24,000 bases of DNA from Zafaria sp. J156. Its GTDB lineage: Bacteria > Actinomycetota > Actinomycetes > Actinomycetales > Micrococcaceae. The notes beneath the pieces were generated by a model. It saw nothing but the letters and a program-made list of their open reading frames with translations, did no database searches and had not been told where the DNA came from. Location of the stretch: assembly GCF_036311985.1 (NCBI RefSeq), contig NZ_JAZDCJ010000028.1. One strand, written 5' to 3'. Within the stretch, counting starts at the first letter, position 1, and the number at the start of each line of letters is the position of its first letter. Positions 9,901-17,518 of this stretch are shown here, piece by piece. Made by a program: the position numbers and the translations under genes.

Positions 9901-10719
9901 CTAGTCCCCCCGGGTGCTCTCGACGACATCGGCGATGGCCTGCTGCGGTCCCGTGGCCGCGGGACGGAAGGACTCGAGCTCCGCGTAGGCGATGATCCGC
10001 ATCCTCGTCGTGAAGGGCGGATCGCAACTCGTGAGCGTCAGCAGCGAGGTCGTCGGTTCGACGCCCGGTTGGTGCGGCACGGGCAGGAGCACCTCGCCCT
10101 GGCTGGGGTGGACGATCTCCGTGCTCCGGTAGGCGTACTGGTAGAAGCCCTCGGCCGTCTGCACGTAGAGCCGGTCACCGTCGGTGAGCTTGTCGATGTC
10201 CCAGAAGACCTGCCCGTGGGTCTGCCGGTGCGCGGCGACGCCGAAGTTGCCGAGCTCGCCCGGCATCTGGGTCTGCGGGTAGCGGCCGATCCCCAAGTGG
10301 TCCAGCACCTCGGGTCCGACGCCGTCCGTCACCGGCCGCGCGTAGTCCGCGCCGAAGCGCGGGACGTACATCACGCCGAACGTCGCCCCCGCGTGCGGCA
10401 GGACGGCGATGGGCGGGTCGCCGAACTCGGCCCGGTCCCTGGCCGCCTCGGCCGCCGGATCGAGCCGTTCGCCGGCCGGGAGGCCGGGGACGCGGACGTC
10501 GTCGAAGCCGCGCAGGAGCTGCTCGGCCACGGTGTCCTGCCGGCGGTCGGCCTCGAGGTTCGTCCACCACAGCTCCCAGGCCACGAACAGCAGCAACACG
10601 AGCCCGGCCGTGATGAGCAGCTCGCCGAGGACTCCCGTGAACGTGACGCGGGGCGTCCGCCGCCCCGCGCCCGGGGCGCGGCGGGACCGCGCGGCGCGCA
10701 CCGGCGTCGTACTGTCCAC
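9901..10719 (-). CDS. Class E sortase (transpeptidase)
   Basis: N-terminal TM anchor (VLGELLITAGLVLLLFVAWELWW). Catalytic region with AAHRQTHG and the TLTSC motif followed by DPPF. I prefer GTG at 10717-10719, 5 nt downstream of AAGGAG (10725-10730), over the track start at 10779. Confidence 0.85.
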   Translation of the reverse strand: MDSTTPVRAARSRRAPGAGRRTPRVTFTGVLGELLITAGLVLLLFVAWELWWTNLEADRRQDTVAEQLLRGFDDVRVPGLPAGERLDPAAEAARDRAEFGDPPIAVLPHAGATFGVMYVPRFGADYARPVTDGVGPEVLDHLGIGRYPQTQMPGELGNFGVAAHRQTHGQVFWDIDKLTDGDRLYVQTAEGFYQYAYRSTEIVHPSQGEVLLPVPHQPGVEPTTSLLTLTSCDPPFTTRMRIIAYAELESFRPAATGPQQAIADVVESTRGD

Positions 10720-10760
10720 TGGGACTCCTTGCACCCCGCGGCGGGAACCGTCCCGCCGCC

Positions 10761-10789
10761 CACGATCTCCTGCCGGCACCCGCTAGTAT
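10761..10789 (+). promoter_or_regulatory. Candidate crgA promoter (-10 TAGTAT at 10784-10789; weak -35)
   Basis: TAGTAT fits the actinobacterial TAnnnT -10 and sits in the only AT-rich patch of the sortase/crgA divergent intergenic region. The hexamer at the -35 position (CACGAT, 17-nt spacer) is poor. Confidence 0.3.
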
Positions 10790-10901
10790 TAAGGCACCAT
10801 CGGAACCCCCGCCGGGCGGATGCCCACGGGGTCCACTAGCCACGATAGCGCCCGGGGGCCGGAACCGCGGACAGGTCCGCCCGCCGGGGTCAGGAGACGC
10901 A

Positions 10902-11153
10902 GTGCCAGAGTCAAGGACGCGCCGCAAGGTCCGCCGCAGCAAGGACCGGGCCAACCTGGAGGCCGGCCACGCGCCGCTGCCCGCCTGGTACAAGCCGGTG
11001 ATGTTCGGCCTCATGATCCTGGGCCTGCTGTGGATCGTGACCTACTACATCTCCCAGGGCCTGCTGCCGATCGTCGTGGCCGGAGGCTGGAACATCGTGA
11101 TCGGCTTCGGCATCGCGATGGCCGGCTTCTTCATGACGACGCGCTGGCGCTGA
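10902..11153 (+). CDS. crgA: Cell division protein CrgA
   Basis: 83 aa. Basic N-terminus (PESRTRRKVRRSK), then two TM helices (WYKPVMFGLMILGLLWIVTYY; WNIVIGFGIAMAGFFMTTRW). GTG start after CAGGAG. Conserved position near pabA/sortase/ppiA. Confidence 0.9.
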   Translation: MPESRTRRKVRRSKDRANLEAGHAPLPAWYKPVMFGLMILGLLWIVTYYISQGLLPIVVAGGWNIVIGFGIAMAGFFMTTRWR

Positions 11154-11195
11154 CGCCGCGGGGGGAGGAAGATCCCGGGCAGCGGGACGCCGGGG

Positions 11196-11510
11196 CTACT
11201 CGACGAACTTGAGCCCCACGACGCAGCCGATCAGGACCGTGATGAGCAGGATCTTGAGCCAGCTCACCGACTCCGCGCCGAACGCCATCCCGTAGGCGAC
11301 CGTGAGCGAGGCGCCGATGCCGACCCACACCGCGTAGGCCGTTCCCGTGGAGATCTCCCGCATCGCGTAGGCGAGTCCTCCCATGCTGAGCACGAGCGCC
11401 ACCCCGAACAGGATCGTGGGCGCGGGCTTGGTGAAGCCCTCAGACTTCCCGAGCGATACCGCCCAGACCGCCTCGAGCAGCCCCGAGGCCACCAGGATCA
11501 ACCAGGCCAT
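11196..11510 (-). CDS. sugE: SMR-family guanidinium exporter Gdx (SugE)
   Basis: 104 aa with four TM helices. MAWLILVASGLLEAVWAVSLGKSEGF...GTAYAVWVGIGA closely resembles E. coli SugE, including the membrane Glu in GLLE. ATG at 11508-11510. The track ORF runs on spuriously to 11675. Confidence 0.9.
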   Translation of the reverse strand: MAWLILVASGLLEAVWAVSLGKSEGFTKPAPTILFGVALVLSMGGLAYAMREISTGTAYAVWVGIGASLTVAYGMAFGAESVSWLKILLITVLIGCVVGLKFVE

Positions 11511-11530
11511 GACACACCGTTCCCTTCGAC

Positions 11531-11570
11531 GGCCGTCTTGTCGCGCTCCGGGTACGGCTCCCTCGTCCGG
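11531..11570 (-). promoter_or_regulatory. Guanidine-III riboswitch (ykkC-III motif) in the gdx 5' leader
   Basis: The minus strand reads CCGGACGAGGGAGCCGUACCCGGAGCGCGACAAGACGGCC. It matches the conserved blocks of the published Thermobifida fusca guanidine-III aptamer (CCGGACGAGG..GCCGUACCCGG...GACAAGACGGC) and its pseudoknot pairings (CCGG/CCGG; GCCGU/ACGGC). It ends 20 nt upstream of the gdx ATG, with a GAAGGGA SD-like element in between. Confidence 0.8.
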
Positions 11571-11661
11571 TGGAACAGGTGGTTCCGTGCCAGAGGATAG
11601 CACCGTCCGGAGCGGGCGGCCACGCGGTCGTGACATGCTGGAACCCGGACGAAAGGACGAC

Positions 11662-12159
11662 ATGCACCAGAACACCGCCGCGGCCCCTCCCGCGACCCGC
11701 CTCCCCTCCCCGAAGCGCCTCTACGGGGCGCTCGCCCTCGCCGAGATGGTCACGTGGGCGCTGCTCATCACGGGCATGGTGCTGAAGTACTCCGGCACCT
11801 CCGACGCGTTTGTGCCCGTGTTCGGCCTGGTCCACGGCGTGGTGTTCATCGCGTACTGCATCGTGACGGTCTTCGTCTGGGTCAACCAGCGCTGGGGCTT
11901 TGGTCTCGGGCTGCTGGGGCTGGCCTCGGCCGTGGTCCCCTTCTGCACCGTGCCGTTCGAGCGCGCGGTGGTGCGGCGGGGGCTACTCGACGGCGGGTGG
12001 CGCCTGGCACCGGGCGGCGACGCGCCGCGCGGTCCCGTCGAGGGGATCCAGGCCCTGTGCCTGCGCTACCCGGCCGCGGCGCTCGTGATCGGCCTCGCCG
12101 CCGTCGCGGGCATCACCGCCGTGCTGCTGATGATCGGGCCGCCGGTCCCCAAGGGGTGA
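11662..12159 (+). CDS. DUF3817-family integral membrane protein
   Basis: ATG at 11662, 6 nt after AAAGGA. An in-frame ATG at 11635 is an alternative. Motifs typical of DUF3817: LRLYGALALAEMVTWALLITGMVLKY...FGLVHGVVFIAYCIV...VPFCT. Extra C-terminal TM helix. Confidence 0.75.
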   Translation: MHQNTAAAPPATRLPSPKRLYGALALAEMVTWALLITGMVLKYSGTSDAFVPVFGLVHGVVFIAYCIVTVFVWVNQRWGFGLGLLGLASAVVPFCTVPFERAVVRRGLLDGGWRLAPGGDAPRGPVEGIQALCLRYPAAALVIGLAAVAGITAVLLMIGPPVPKG

Positions 12160-12226
12160 CCACCGCTGGAGGGCACCGTTATATTCCGCATGCGGCATTC
12201 GGCATCTCTTCGGCCCGGATCCGCCG

Positions 12227-12838
12227 TCACCTGGCCCCGTGGTGTCCGGTATGGGCGTAGAGATCCCGCAGGAGGCAGATCTCGGCGCCGTGGTGGATGG
12301 CCTCGCGATTGATGTGCACCACGAGCTCGGCGAGCGACGCCTCGGCGTAGGGGCCCTCGGCGGGGCCGCACCGCCGCAGCAGCCCCTCGGCGCCGAGAGC
12401 TGCGACCCCGTCCCTCCACCGCGCATGCGCCTCCTCGAGTTGATCGAGCGCTTCCGCCGCCGTGCCGGCGTAGCGGTGCCCCGCGTAATCCATGGCGGGA
12501 CCGCCGAAGTGGGAGGCGTTGCGCTGGCCGAAGACCCCGACCACGAGGTGGGCGATCCGCCAGGCGATCGTCGTCACGGGCGCGGGAACCGGCTCGGGGT
12601 CCGCGTAGTCCAGGACGAACGGCCCCGCGCCGAGCTGCACGGCGCCGTCGGCCTCCGGCCCGTGCGTTCCCCGCGGGCGCACGCTCCAGCAACCGCGGAC
12701 GGGCTCCCAGAGGTACTCCTCGTCGGTCAGGCCCTCGAAGCGGCGGCGCAAGTGGTGGTTCCAGTGCCACTCCAGCTGCTCGGCGAGCACGCCGTTCCAG
12801 TCGAGGGCGTCCCGGGGCTTCGGCGTCGGCTCAGGCAT
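12227..12838 (-). CDS. DinB-family (DinB_2-like) metal-dependent protein
   Basis: 203 aa, MPEPTPKPRDALDWNGVLAEQLEWHWNHHLRRRFEGLTDEEYLWEP...HINREAIHHGAEICLLRDLY, which is a helical-bundle His pattern. The track ORF (429 aa) runs into the upstream gene in another frame. No clear SD. Confidence 0.7.
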   Translation of the reverse strand: MPEPTPKPRDALDWNGVLAEQLEWHWNHHLRRRFEGLTDEEYLWEPVRGCWSVRPRGTHGPEADGAVQLGAGPFVLDYADPEPVPAPVTTIAWRIAHLVVGVFGQRNASHFGGPAMDYAGHRYAGTAAEALDQLEEAHARWRDGVAALGAEGLLRRCGPAEGPYAEASLAELVVHINREAIHHGAEICLLRDLYAHTGHHGAR

Positions 12839-12876
12839 GGGGCCAGTCTGGCACGGCGGCGTGGCGGAGGGAACGG

Positions 12877-13674
12877 TCAGCGGGCCCCGGTCTCCGGGAG
12901 CCCGAGGAAGCGCTCCCGGGCCCAGGCGCCGAACGACTGGCCGGGCTGCTTGGAGTCCAGCCGCAGGTTGTGGCCGTCCCGCAGGGCCCGGACCACGGAG
13001 CCGGGAAAGGGCACCTGCACGACCGCCCCGCCGCGCCCGCCCGCCTCGTGCCGGGCGGCGAGCCACTGCTCGGCCGCGTCCTTGAGCCGCAGTTCCTGCG
13101 GTCCGCCGGCCGCGATGACCGTGCCGCGGGCCCCGGAGTCGAGGGTCTCGAGGACCACGCGGGCAGCATCGCGCGCGGCGAGCGGCTGGACGGAGACCCC
13201 GCGCGGCACGGGAACGAGCGGCGTCTTGGCCAGGTGGCCGAGCAGGGTGTCGACGAGCTCGTGGAACTGCGGGAGCCTGAGCACGGTATGGGGGGCGCCG
13301 GCCCTGGCCAGTGCGTGCTCCCCGGCGAGCTTGGCCCGGTAGTACGGAAGCGGGATGCGGTCCACGCCCAGGATCGAGATCATCAGCACGTGTCGCACGC
13401 CGGCGCGGGCGGCCGCCGCGGCGAGCCGCCGGGTTCCGTCGACATCCACTTCCTCCCACCGCGACGCATCCATGCCGCCGCTGGCCAGGTGGATGATCCC
13501 GTCGACACCCTCGCAAGCCGGATCGAGTCCCGCTCCCGTGGCGAGGTCCCCGGTCACGCCGCCGTCGATCCCGCTCCGGCGCGTCAGGACGCGGACCTCG
13601 TCGCCCCGGGAGCGCAGGAGTTCGACGACGTGCGGGCCGAGCGTGCCGGTTCCACCGGTGACGAGGATCCTCAT
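12877..13674 (-). CDS. NAD(P)H-binding NmrA/SDR-like protein
   Basis: N-terminal Rossmann motif MRILVTGGTGTLGPHVVELL. 265 aa. High GC3 coding frame. Confidence 0.8.
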   Translation of the reverse strand: MRILVTGGTGTLGPHVVELLRSRGDEVRVLTRRSGIDGGVTGDLATGAGLDPACEGVDGIIHLASGGMDASRWEEVDVDGTRRLAAAAARAGVRHVLMISILGVDRIPLPYYRAKLAGEHALARAGAPHTVLRLPQFHELVDTLLGHLAKTPLVPVPRGVSVQPLAARDAARVVLETLDSGARGTVIAAGGPQELRLKDAAEQWLAARHEAGGRGGAVVQVPFPGSVVRALRDGHNLRLDSKQPGQSFGAWARERFLGLPETGAR

Positions 13675-13809
13675 GGCTCCACCCTGCCGGGGTGCCGCTC
13701 CGCCGTCAACGAGGCGGCCCCGGCGTCGTCCCCTTGTTCCCGCCGCGCGGGGGAACGCTTCCTGGCGGAGCCCGGCACCGGCGTCGTCCGGTGGCCCGGG
13801 CCGCCGTCC

Positions 13810-14703
13810 CTACCGCGGCAGCCCGGCGGCAGCGGCCCCCTTCACGGCGGCGGTCACCCGGGCCAGGGCCGGCGAGTCCAGCTTCCAGCGCTGCCAATAC
13901 AGCGGGACCTCGTGCACCCACGAGGGATCGAGGAGCCGCAACGAGCCGTCGCCGGGGATCTGCTGCTCGGGCACCATGCCCCAGCCGAGCCCGGCGCGGA
14001 TCGCCTCGACGAACTGGACGGAATCCGGCACGTGGTGTCCCGGGGGACGGGCGGCGGCCCCCGCGTGCCCGCGGATCAGGTCCCGCTGGTGGGCATCGTT
14101 GCGGTCGAAGTGGACGGCGGGCGCCCCGGCGAGCCCGGGCCCGTCCGGCCCGAACCACCGGTCCGCGAACGCCGGGGCGGCCACGGCCAGGTAGCGCATG
14201 CTGCCGAGCAGGTCCGCCGCGCAGCCCTGGACGGGGCGCCCGCTCGTGGTGACGGCGCCCATGACGCGACCCGAGCGCAGGTGCTCGGCCGAGAAGGCCT
14301 CGTCCTCGCGCAGGATCTCGAGTTCGAGGTTCGGGTCGGCGGCCAGGACCGGCAGGGCGGCACCGAACCACGTGGCGAGCGAGTCCGCATTGACGACGAG
14401 CGCGATCGGCGCCCGCGCGGTGGGCGCATCGGTGCCACCCGCGGCCGCGGACAGCTCGGCGGCGGCCTCCGAGGCCAGCAGGTCGAGCTGGCGGGCGAGC
14501 CGGACCAGGACCCTTCCGGCGGGCGTGGCCTGAGCGGGATTCGTCCGGCGGACGACGACGGTTCCGGCCGTGCGCTCGAGGGCCTTGATCCGCTGGCTGA
14601 CGGCCGAGGGGGTGACGTGCAGCCGGCGCGCCGCGGCCTCGAACGTCCCGGTGTCGACGACGGCCGCGAAGGCACGGAGCTGGTCGGCGGGGAAATCGAT
14701 CAT
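13810..14703 (-). CDS. argP: LysR-family transcriptional regulator, ArgP/LysG type
   Basis: The N-terminal HTH QLRAFAAVVDTGTFEAAARRLHVTPSAVSQRIKALE is typical of ArgP/LysG. It is divergent from a LysE/ArgO exporter, the classic lysG-lysE arrangement. Confidence 0.85.
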   Translation of the reverse strand: MIDFPADQLRAFAAVVDTGTFEAAARRLHVTPSAVSQRIKALERTAGTVVVRRTNPAQATPAGRVLVRLARQLDLLASEAAAELSAAAGGTDAPTARAPIALVVNADSLATWFGAALPVLAADPNLELEILREDEAFSAEHLRSGRVMGAVTTSGRPVQGCAADLLGSMRYLAVAAPAFADRWFGPDGPGLAGAPAVHFDRNDAHQRDLIRGHAGAAARPPGHHVPDSVQFVEAIRAGLGWGMVPEQQIPGDGSLRLLDPSWVHEVPLYWQRWKLDSPALARVTAAVKGAAAAGLPR

Positions 14704-14771
14704 AAGGAACTCTAACGCATCATGAATTTCTTGAGCTGGACTGTCGATGCGCCGGAGCCTACCGTCAAGGA
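14704..14771. promoter_or_regulatory. Divergent argP / lysE-family control region
   Basis: 68-bp intergenic region containing the only AT-rich patch locally (ATAAGGAACTCTAACGCATCATGAATTTCTTGAG). It has an imperfect dyad AAGGAA-N17-TTTCTT. The operator assignment is inference only. Confidence 0.35.
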
Positions 14772-15386
14772 ATGCCCTTCCTTCCTTCCTCCCTCGCCGG
14801 CCTCGGCCTGGGACTCTCGCTCATCGCCGCGATCGGCGCCCAGAACGCGTTCGTGCTCCGCCAGGGCATCCGCCGCGAACACGTCGTGCCGGTCATCCTG
14901 CTTTGCATGGCCTCCGACGCCGTCCTGATCCTGGCCGGCGTCGCCGGCGTCGGAGCCCTCGTGGACGGCACCTCGTGGATCCTGCCCATGGCCCGCATCG
15001 GCGGTGCGGCGTTCCTCGTGGGCTACGCCGTTCTCGCCCTGCGCCGGGCCGTGGCGCCCGCGGCTCTCACGGTGGCCGAGGGCGGGGGCGGGACGACGCT
15101 CGGCGGGGCCGTGGCCACCGCCTTCGCCCTGACCTGGCTGAATCCCCACGTGTACCTCGACACCGTGGTGCTGCTCGGGTCCATCGCCTCGTCGCACGGG
15201 GATCCGGGGCGCTGGTGGTTCGCCGCGGGTGCCGTATCGGCGAGCGTCGTGTGGTTCACGGCCCTGGGCCTGGGCGCGCGGGCCCTGCGCGGCTTCTTCT
15301 CGAAGCCGGCGTCCTGGCGGATCCTCGACGGCGTCGTGGCCGCGACGATGCTCGTCATCGCGGCCACGCTGCTGCTCGGCCTCTGA
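14772..15386 (+). CDS. LysE/ArgO-family basic amino acid exporter
   Basis: 204 aa. GLGLGLSLIAAIGAQNAFVLRQGIRREHV...SDAVLILAGVAGVG resembles Corynebacterium LysE / E. coli ArgO. Polytopic membrane protein paired with ArgP. Confidence 0.85.
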   Translation: MPFLPSSLAGLGLGLSLIAAIGAQNAFVLRQGIRREHVVPVILLCMASDAVLILAGVAGVGALVDGTSWILPMARIGGAAFLVGYAVLALRRAVAPAALTVAEGGGGTTLGGAVATAFALTWLNPHVYLDTVVLLGSIASSHGDPGRWWFAAGAVSASVVWFTALGLGARALRGFFSKPASWRILDGVVAATMLVIAATLLLGL

Positions 15387-15409
15387 GGCCCGGCCCCCGG
15401 GGCCGGGGA

Positions 15410-15895
15410 CTAGAGGGCCCCGTAGTATTCCGTGAGCGCGGGGTAGTAGTCGGCGAAGTCCGGGAGCGGTCCGTCGACCCGGCTCGCCGCGAGGCGGTCG
15501 AGGTAGAACTCCCACCCGGGCCCGATCTCCGCGAGGCCGGCCCGGTCGGCCAGATGGTGGACCAGCGACAGGGAGGCGCCGGAGTCCACGGGTTCCACGA
15601 GCAGTTCGAGGTCCCAGCTGCCGTGCTCGTCCCGCATGACGAGCTCGAGCCGGCGGGGCGGATCGCAGGCCGCCACGCGCAAGTGCGACGTCGGGGCCCC
15701 GTCTTCCGCCGTCAGCGTCACCACGATCTCGCCCCCGGTCCGGCCCTCTCCCTGCCAGTGACCGAACCAGAGGGCGGTCCGCCGGCTGTCGGTGATGCTG
15801 TCCCAGACGTCCTCGGGCGGCGCGGAGAAGTACCGGGAGACGACCAAGTCGACTCCCGGGTCCCGTTCGACGAGCGTCCCCGTCGGTTCGATCAC
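15410..15895 (-). CDS. SRPBCC-superfamily (AHSA1/START-like) protein
   Basis: GTG at 15893-15895, 4 nt after GGAGGAG. VIEPTGTLVERDPGVDLVVSRYFSAPPEDVWDSITD...WFGHW is typical of Aha1-domain SRPBCC proteins. The track start at 15982 lies inside a microsatellite and is unlikely. Confidence 0.75.
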   Translation of the reverse strand: MIEPTGTLVERDPGVDLVVSRYFSAPPEDVWDSITDSRRTALWFGHWQGEGRTGGEIVVTLTAEDGAPTSHLRVAACDPPRRLELVMRDEHGSWDLELLVEPVDSGASLSLVHHLADRAGLAEIGPGWEFYLDRLAASRVDGPLPDFADYYPALTEYYGAL

Positions 15896-15909
15896 GTCTC
15901 CTCCACTCC

Positions 15910-15949
15910 GTGCCGTGCCGGACCGTGCTGTGCTGTGCTGTGCTGTGCC
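15910..15949. repeat. Pentanucleotide microsatellite tract: GTGCC x2, GGACC, GTGCT x4, GTGCC
   Basis: Read directly: eight consecutive 5-nt units, four of them perfect GTGCT (15925-15944). The tract sits 15-55 nt upstream of the SRPBCC start on the minus strand, in the gap after the GNAT gene. Confidence 0.85.
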
Positions 15950-16001
15950 ACACAGTCTGCTCCGCCCCCGTCCCGGCGGCAAGGCCGGACGCGGACGCCG
16001 C

Positions 16002-16955
16002 TCAGGCGCGGCGGGAGTAGACGACGTTGGTCCGAACGCGCCGGAAGCCCACCCGCTCGTACAGGCCGACGGCCCCGGTCGGGCTGTCCGAGTCGACGCC
16101 GAGCTCCACGGAGGCGTAGCCGTCCTCCTTGGCCTGGCGGACGACGTCGGTCAGCAGCGCCGCTGCATGTCCCCGCCCCCTGGCGCGCCGGCGCGTGCCC
16201 ACGAGGGACACGTAGAGCTCCTTCGGGACCCACTGGCCGGAGAGGACGTAGGCGTCGACCGCCTCCTCGGGATCGAGTCCCGGGTCGTCGCTGAGGACCG
16301 TTCGGCTATAGGCCGGGCGGAAGCTGCGGGCCTTGAGCTGGGCCGCCCACTTCTCCGGCGAGCGGGCGGAGGAGCCCCAGTGGTCGGCGAACGCCTCGTT
16401 GTGCGCGCGCCGGATCCCTTCCGCGTGGGCTGGATCGAACACGACGCCGGGGCAGGGCGCCGCACCCGCGGGAACCTCCCAGCCGCCCAGCTCGACCTTC
16501 ATGTCCTGGAAGTAGCGTGCCGGCTCGTAGCCGCGGACGGACGCCATCCGGGCGGCGCCGGACTCCGGGCGCCCCGCCCAGACGTCCAGCAGGAGCGGGT
16601 GGCCGGCGTGGCGTTCGCCGCCGAGCTCGCGGGCCCGGTCCTCCAGGCGCTCCATGAGCGCGCGGCCGATCCCGCGCCGCCGGTGCTCCGGGTGCACGCC
16701 GCCGCCGAGGTGCGCCTTGGCGAAGCCGTCGCGGAGGGCGTCGCTGATCCGCACTTGCCCGAAGGCGACGAGCCGTCCGTCCTCGCGGACCGCCCACGTG
16801 TCGCGTGCGGGATCGACGCCGGGCTCCTCGAGCTCCTCGGCCAGGTCCTCGGGTTCGTAGAACTCCTCCGTCTGGTCGGCCACGGCCAGTTCGTTGGTCA
16901 GCCGCGCCCACTCGGCGGTGTCCTGCTCGGTGATGGTGCTCCACTCAAGGGCCAT
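16002..16955 (-). CDS. GNAT-family N-acetyltransferase with tandem GNAT domains (MshD-like architecture)
   Basis: ATG at 16953-16955, downstream of GGAGGAAG. 317 aa. Two acetyl-CoA motifs (HPEHRRRGIGRAL and RRRARGRGHAAAL). The two-domain layout resembles mycothiol synthase, but the substrate cannot be assigned from sequence alone. Confidence 0.8.
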   Translation of the reverse strand: MALEWSTITEQDTAEWARLTNELAVADQTEEFYEPEDLAEELEEPGVDPARDTWAVREDGRLVAFGQVRISDALRDGFAKAHLGGGVHPEHRRRGIGRALMERLEDRARELGGERHAGHPLLLDVWAGRPESGAARMASVRGYEPARYFQDMKVELGGWEVPAGAAPCPGVVFDPAHAEGIRRAHNEAFADHWGSSARSPEKWAAQLKARSFRPAYSRTVLSDDPGLDPEEAVDAYVLSGQWVPKELYVSLVGTRRRARGRGHAAALLTDVVRQAKEDGYASVELGVDSDSPTGAVGLYERVGFRRVRTNVVYSRRA

Positions 16956-17022
16956 GGCACGTTCCCTGCTTCCTCCGGCCCGCGGCCGGCATTGTGCTGC
17001 GCCCGATCGGTGGGGCGCGTCC

Positions 17023-17052
17023 AGCGTACAGTGATTGGGAGAATTCAATCAA
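17023..17052 (-). promoter_or_regulatory. Candidate promoter of the GNAT gene (-35 TTGATT, 18-nt spacer, -10 TACGCT)
   Basis: The minus strand reads TTGATT-gaattctcccaatcactg-TACGCT. The -10 fits TAnnnT. It lies about 70 nt upstream of the GNAT ATG. Pattern match only. Confidence 0.3.
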
Positions 17053-17066
17053 TAGAGCGCGTTTAA

Positions 17067-17095
17067 CGCACAGCGTGTGCAGAGGGTTATCCACA
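17067..17095 (+). repeat. Module A copy 1: CGCACAGCGTGTGCAGAGGGTTATCCACA
   Basis: Contains the inverted repeat GCACA-N3-TGTGC (17068-17080) followed by GGGTTATCCACA. Near-identical to 17338-17367. Similarity resumes at AAGTATGT (17117-17124 vs 17377-17384). Confidence 0.8.
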
Positions 17096-17170
17096 ACTGG
17101 GGACACAGCTGTTGGTAAGTATGTTCTATTCGCCGCCGTAAGGCCGATGCGGAGCCGTTGGGTCGGTGAG

Positions 17171-17214
17171 TTACACGGGTGTGAGTTATAAACACTGTGG
17201 ATGAAGGCTGTGGA
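17171..17214 (+). repeat. Module B copy 1 (44 bp): TTACACGGGTGTGAGTTATAAACACTGTGGATGAAGGCTGTGGA
   Basis: 39 of 44 positions are identical to 17475-17518 by direct alignment. Carries two DnaA-box-like 9-mers. Confidence 0.85.
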
Positions 17215-17282
17215 AATCACCCCTACCACCGGGGTTGTTCACAGATTTCCGCCTGTCCGCTGGGGAAACGGTGGAAATCCGG

Positions 17283-17308
17283 GGGCCCGTCGATGCATCG
17301 CCGGGCCC
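17283..17308. repeat. 26-bp near-perfect palindrome GGGCCCGTCGATGCATCGCCGGGCCC
   Basis: 12 of 13 positions are self-complementary, with a perfect central CGATGCATCG. It lies between the two composite modules. Confidence 0.7.
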
Positions 17309-17337
17309 ACATCCCTTAATCCTCGGGGGATTCGTCG

Positions 17338-17367
17338 CGCACAGGATGTGCAGAAGGGTTATCCACA
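17338..17367 (+). repeat. Module A copy 2: CGCACAGGATGTGCAGAAGGGTTATCCACA
   Basis: Inverted repeat GCACA-N3-TGTGC (17339-17351). TGTGCAGAAG occurs on both sides of the DnaA box (17347-17356 and 17370-17379). Confidence 0.8.
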
Positions 17368-17396
17368 GGTGTGCAGAAGTATGTGAATATTCAAGC

Positions 17397-17427
17397 GCCC
17401 CGGGGCCGTTGAACCGGCCGCCGGGGC
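17397..17427 (-). terminator. GC-rich hairpin, possible rhomboid terminator
   Basis: GCCCCGG-GGCCG-ttgaac-CGGCC-g-CCGGGGC gives 12 bp with one bulge. On the minus strand it is followed by GCUUGAAUAUUCAC, which is only partly U-rich. It lies about 110 nt downstream of the rhomboid stop. Confidence 0.4.
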
Positions 17428-17474
17428 TGCTGCGGCGTCATCCCGGGGGACGGGAAGAAGGACGCCTAAGTGAA

Positions 17475-17518
17475 TTACACGGGTGTGAGTTATTAACAGT
17501 GTGGATAAACCCTGTGGA
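17475..17518 (+). repeat. Module B copy 2 (44 bp): TTACACGGGTGTGAGTTATTAACAGTGTGGATAAACCCTGTGGA
   Basis: Direct repeat of 17171-17214 at a 304-bp offset. Contains the perfect box TGTGGATAA. It ends 18 nt before the rhomboid stop codon. Confidence 0.85.

Noticed and set aside
10720-10779. Longer N-terminal extension of the sortase (track start GTG at 10779)
   Set aside because: An internal GTG at 10719 has a near-consensus AAGGAG at ideal spacing. The extra 20 residues are Arg/Gly-rich and lack an RBS. The longer form is not excluded.
12186-12195. Palindrome CCGCATGCGG between the convergent DUF3817 and DinB genes, considered as a bidirectional terminator
   Set aside because: The stem is only 4 bp once a minimal loop is allowed, and there is no U-tract on either strand. 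This is too weak to call.
12970-14715. 581-aa + strand ORF spanning the SDR and ArgP genes, plus the off-frame ORFs 13355-14194, 13692-14252 and 13706-14371
   Set aside because: It lies opposite to, or out of frame with, two genes that have clear Rossmann and LysR-HTH signatures. The composition is low-complexity and Arg/Pro/Gly-rich.
14712-16294. 413-aa minus-strand and 515-aa plus-strand ORFs covering the LysE, SRPBCC and GNAT regions
   Set aside because: Each crosses several well-supported genes and intergenic gaps in the wrong frame or strand. No motifs.
16002-16955. Calling the tandem-GNAT protein mycothiol synthase (mshD)
   Set aside because: The architecture (two GNAT domains, about 317 aa) fits. 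However, I cannot confirm orthology without an alignment or phylogeny, so it is left as a GNAT family protein.
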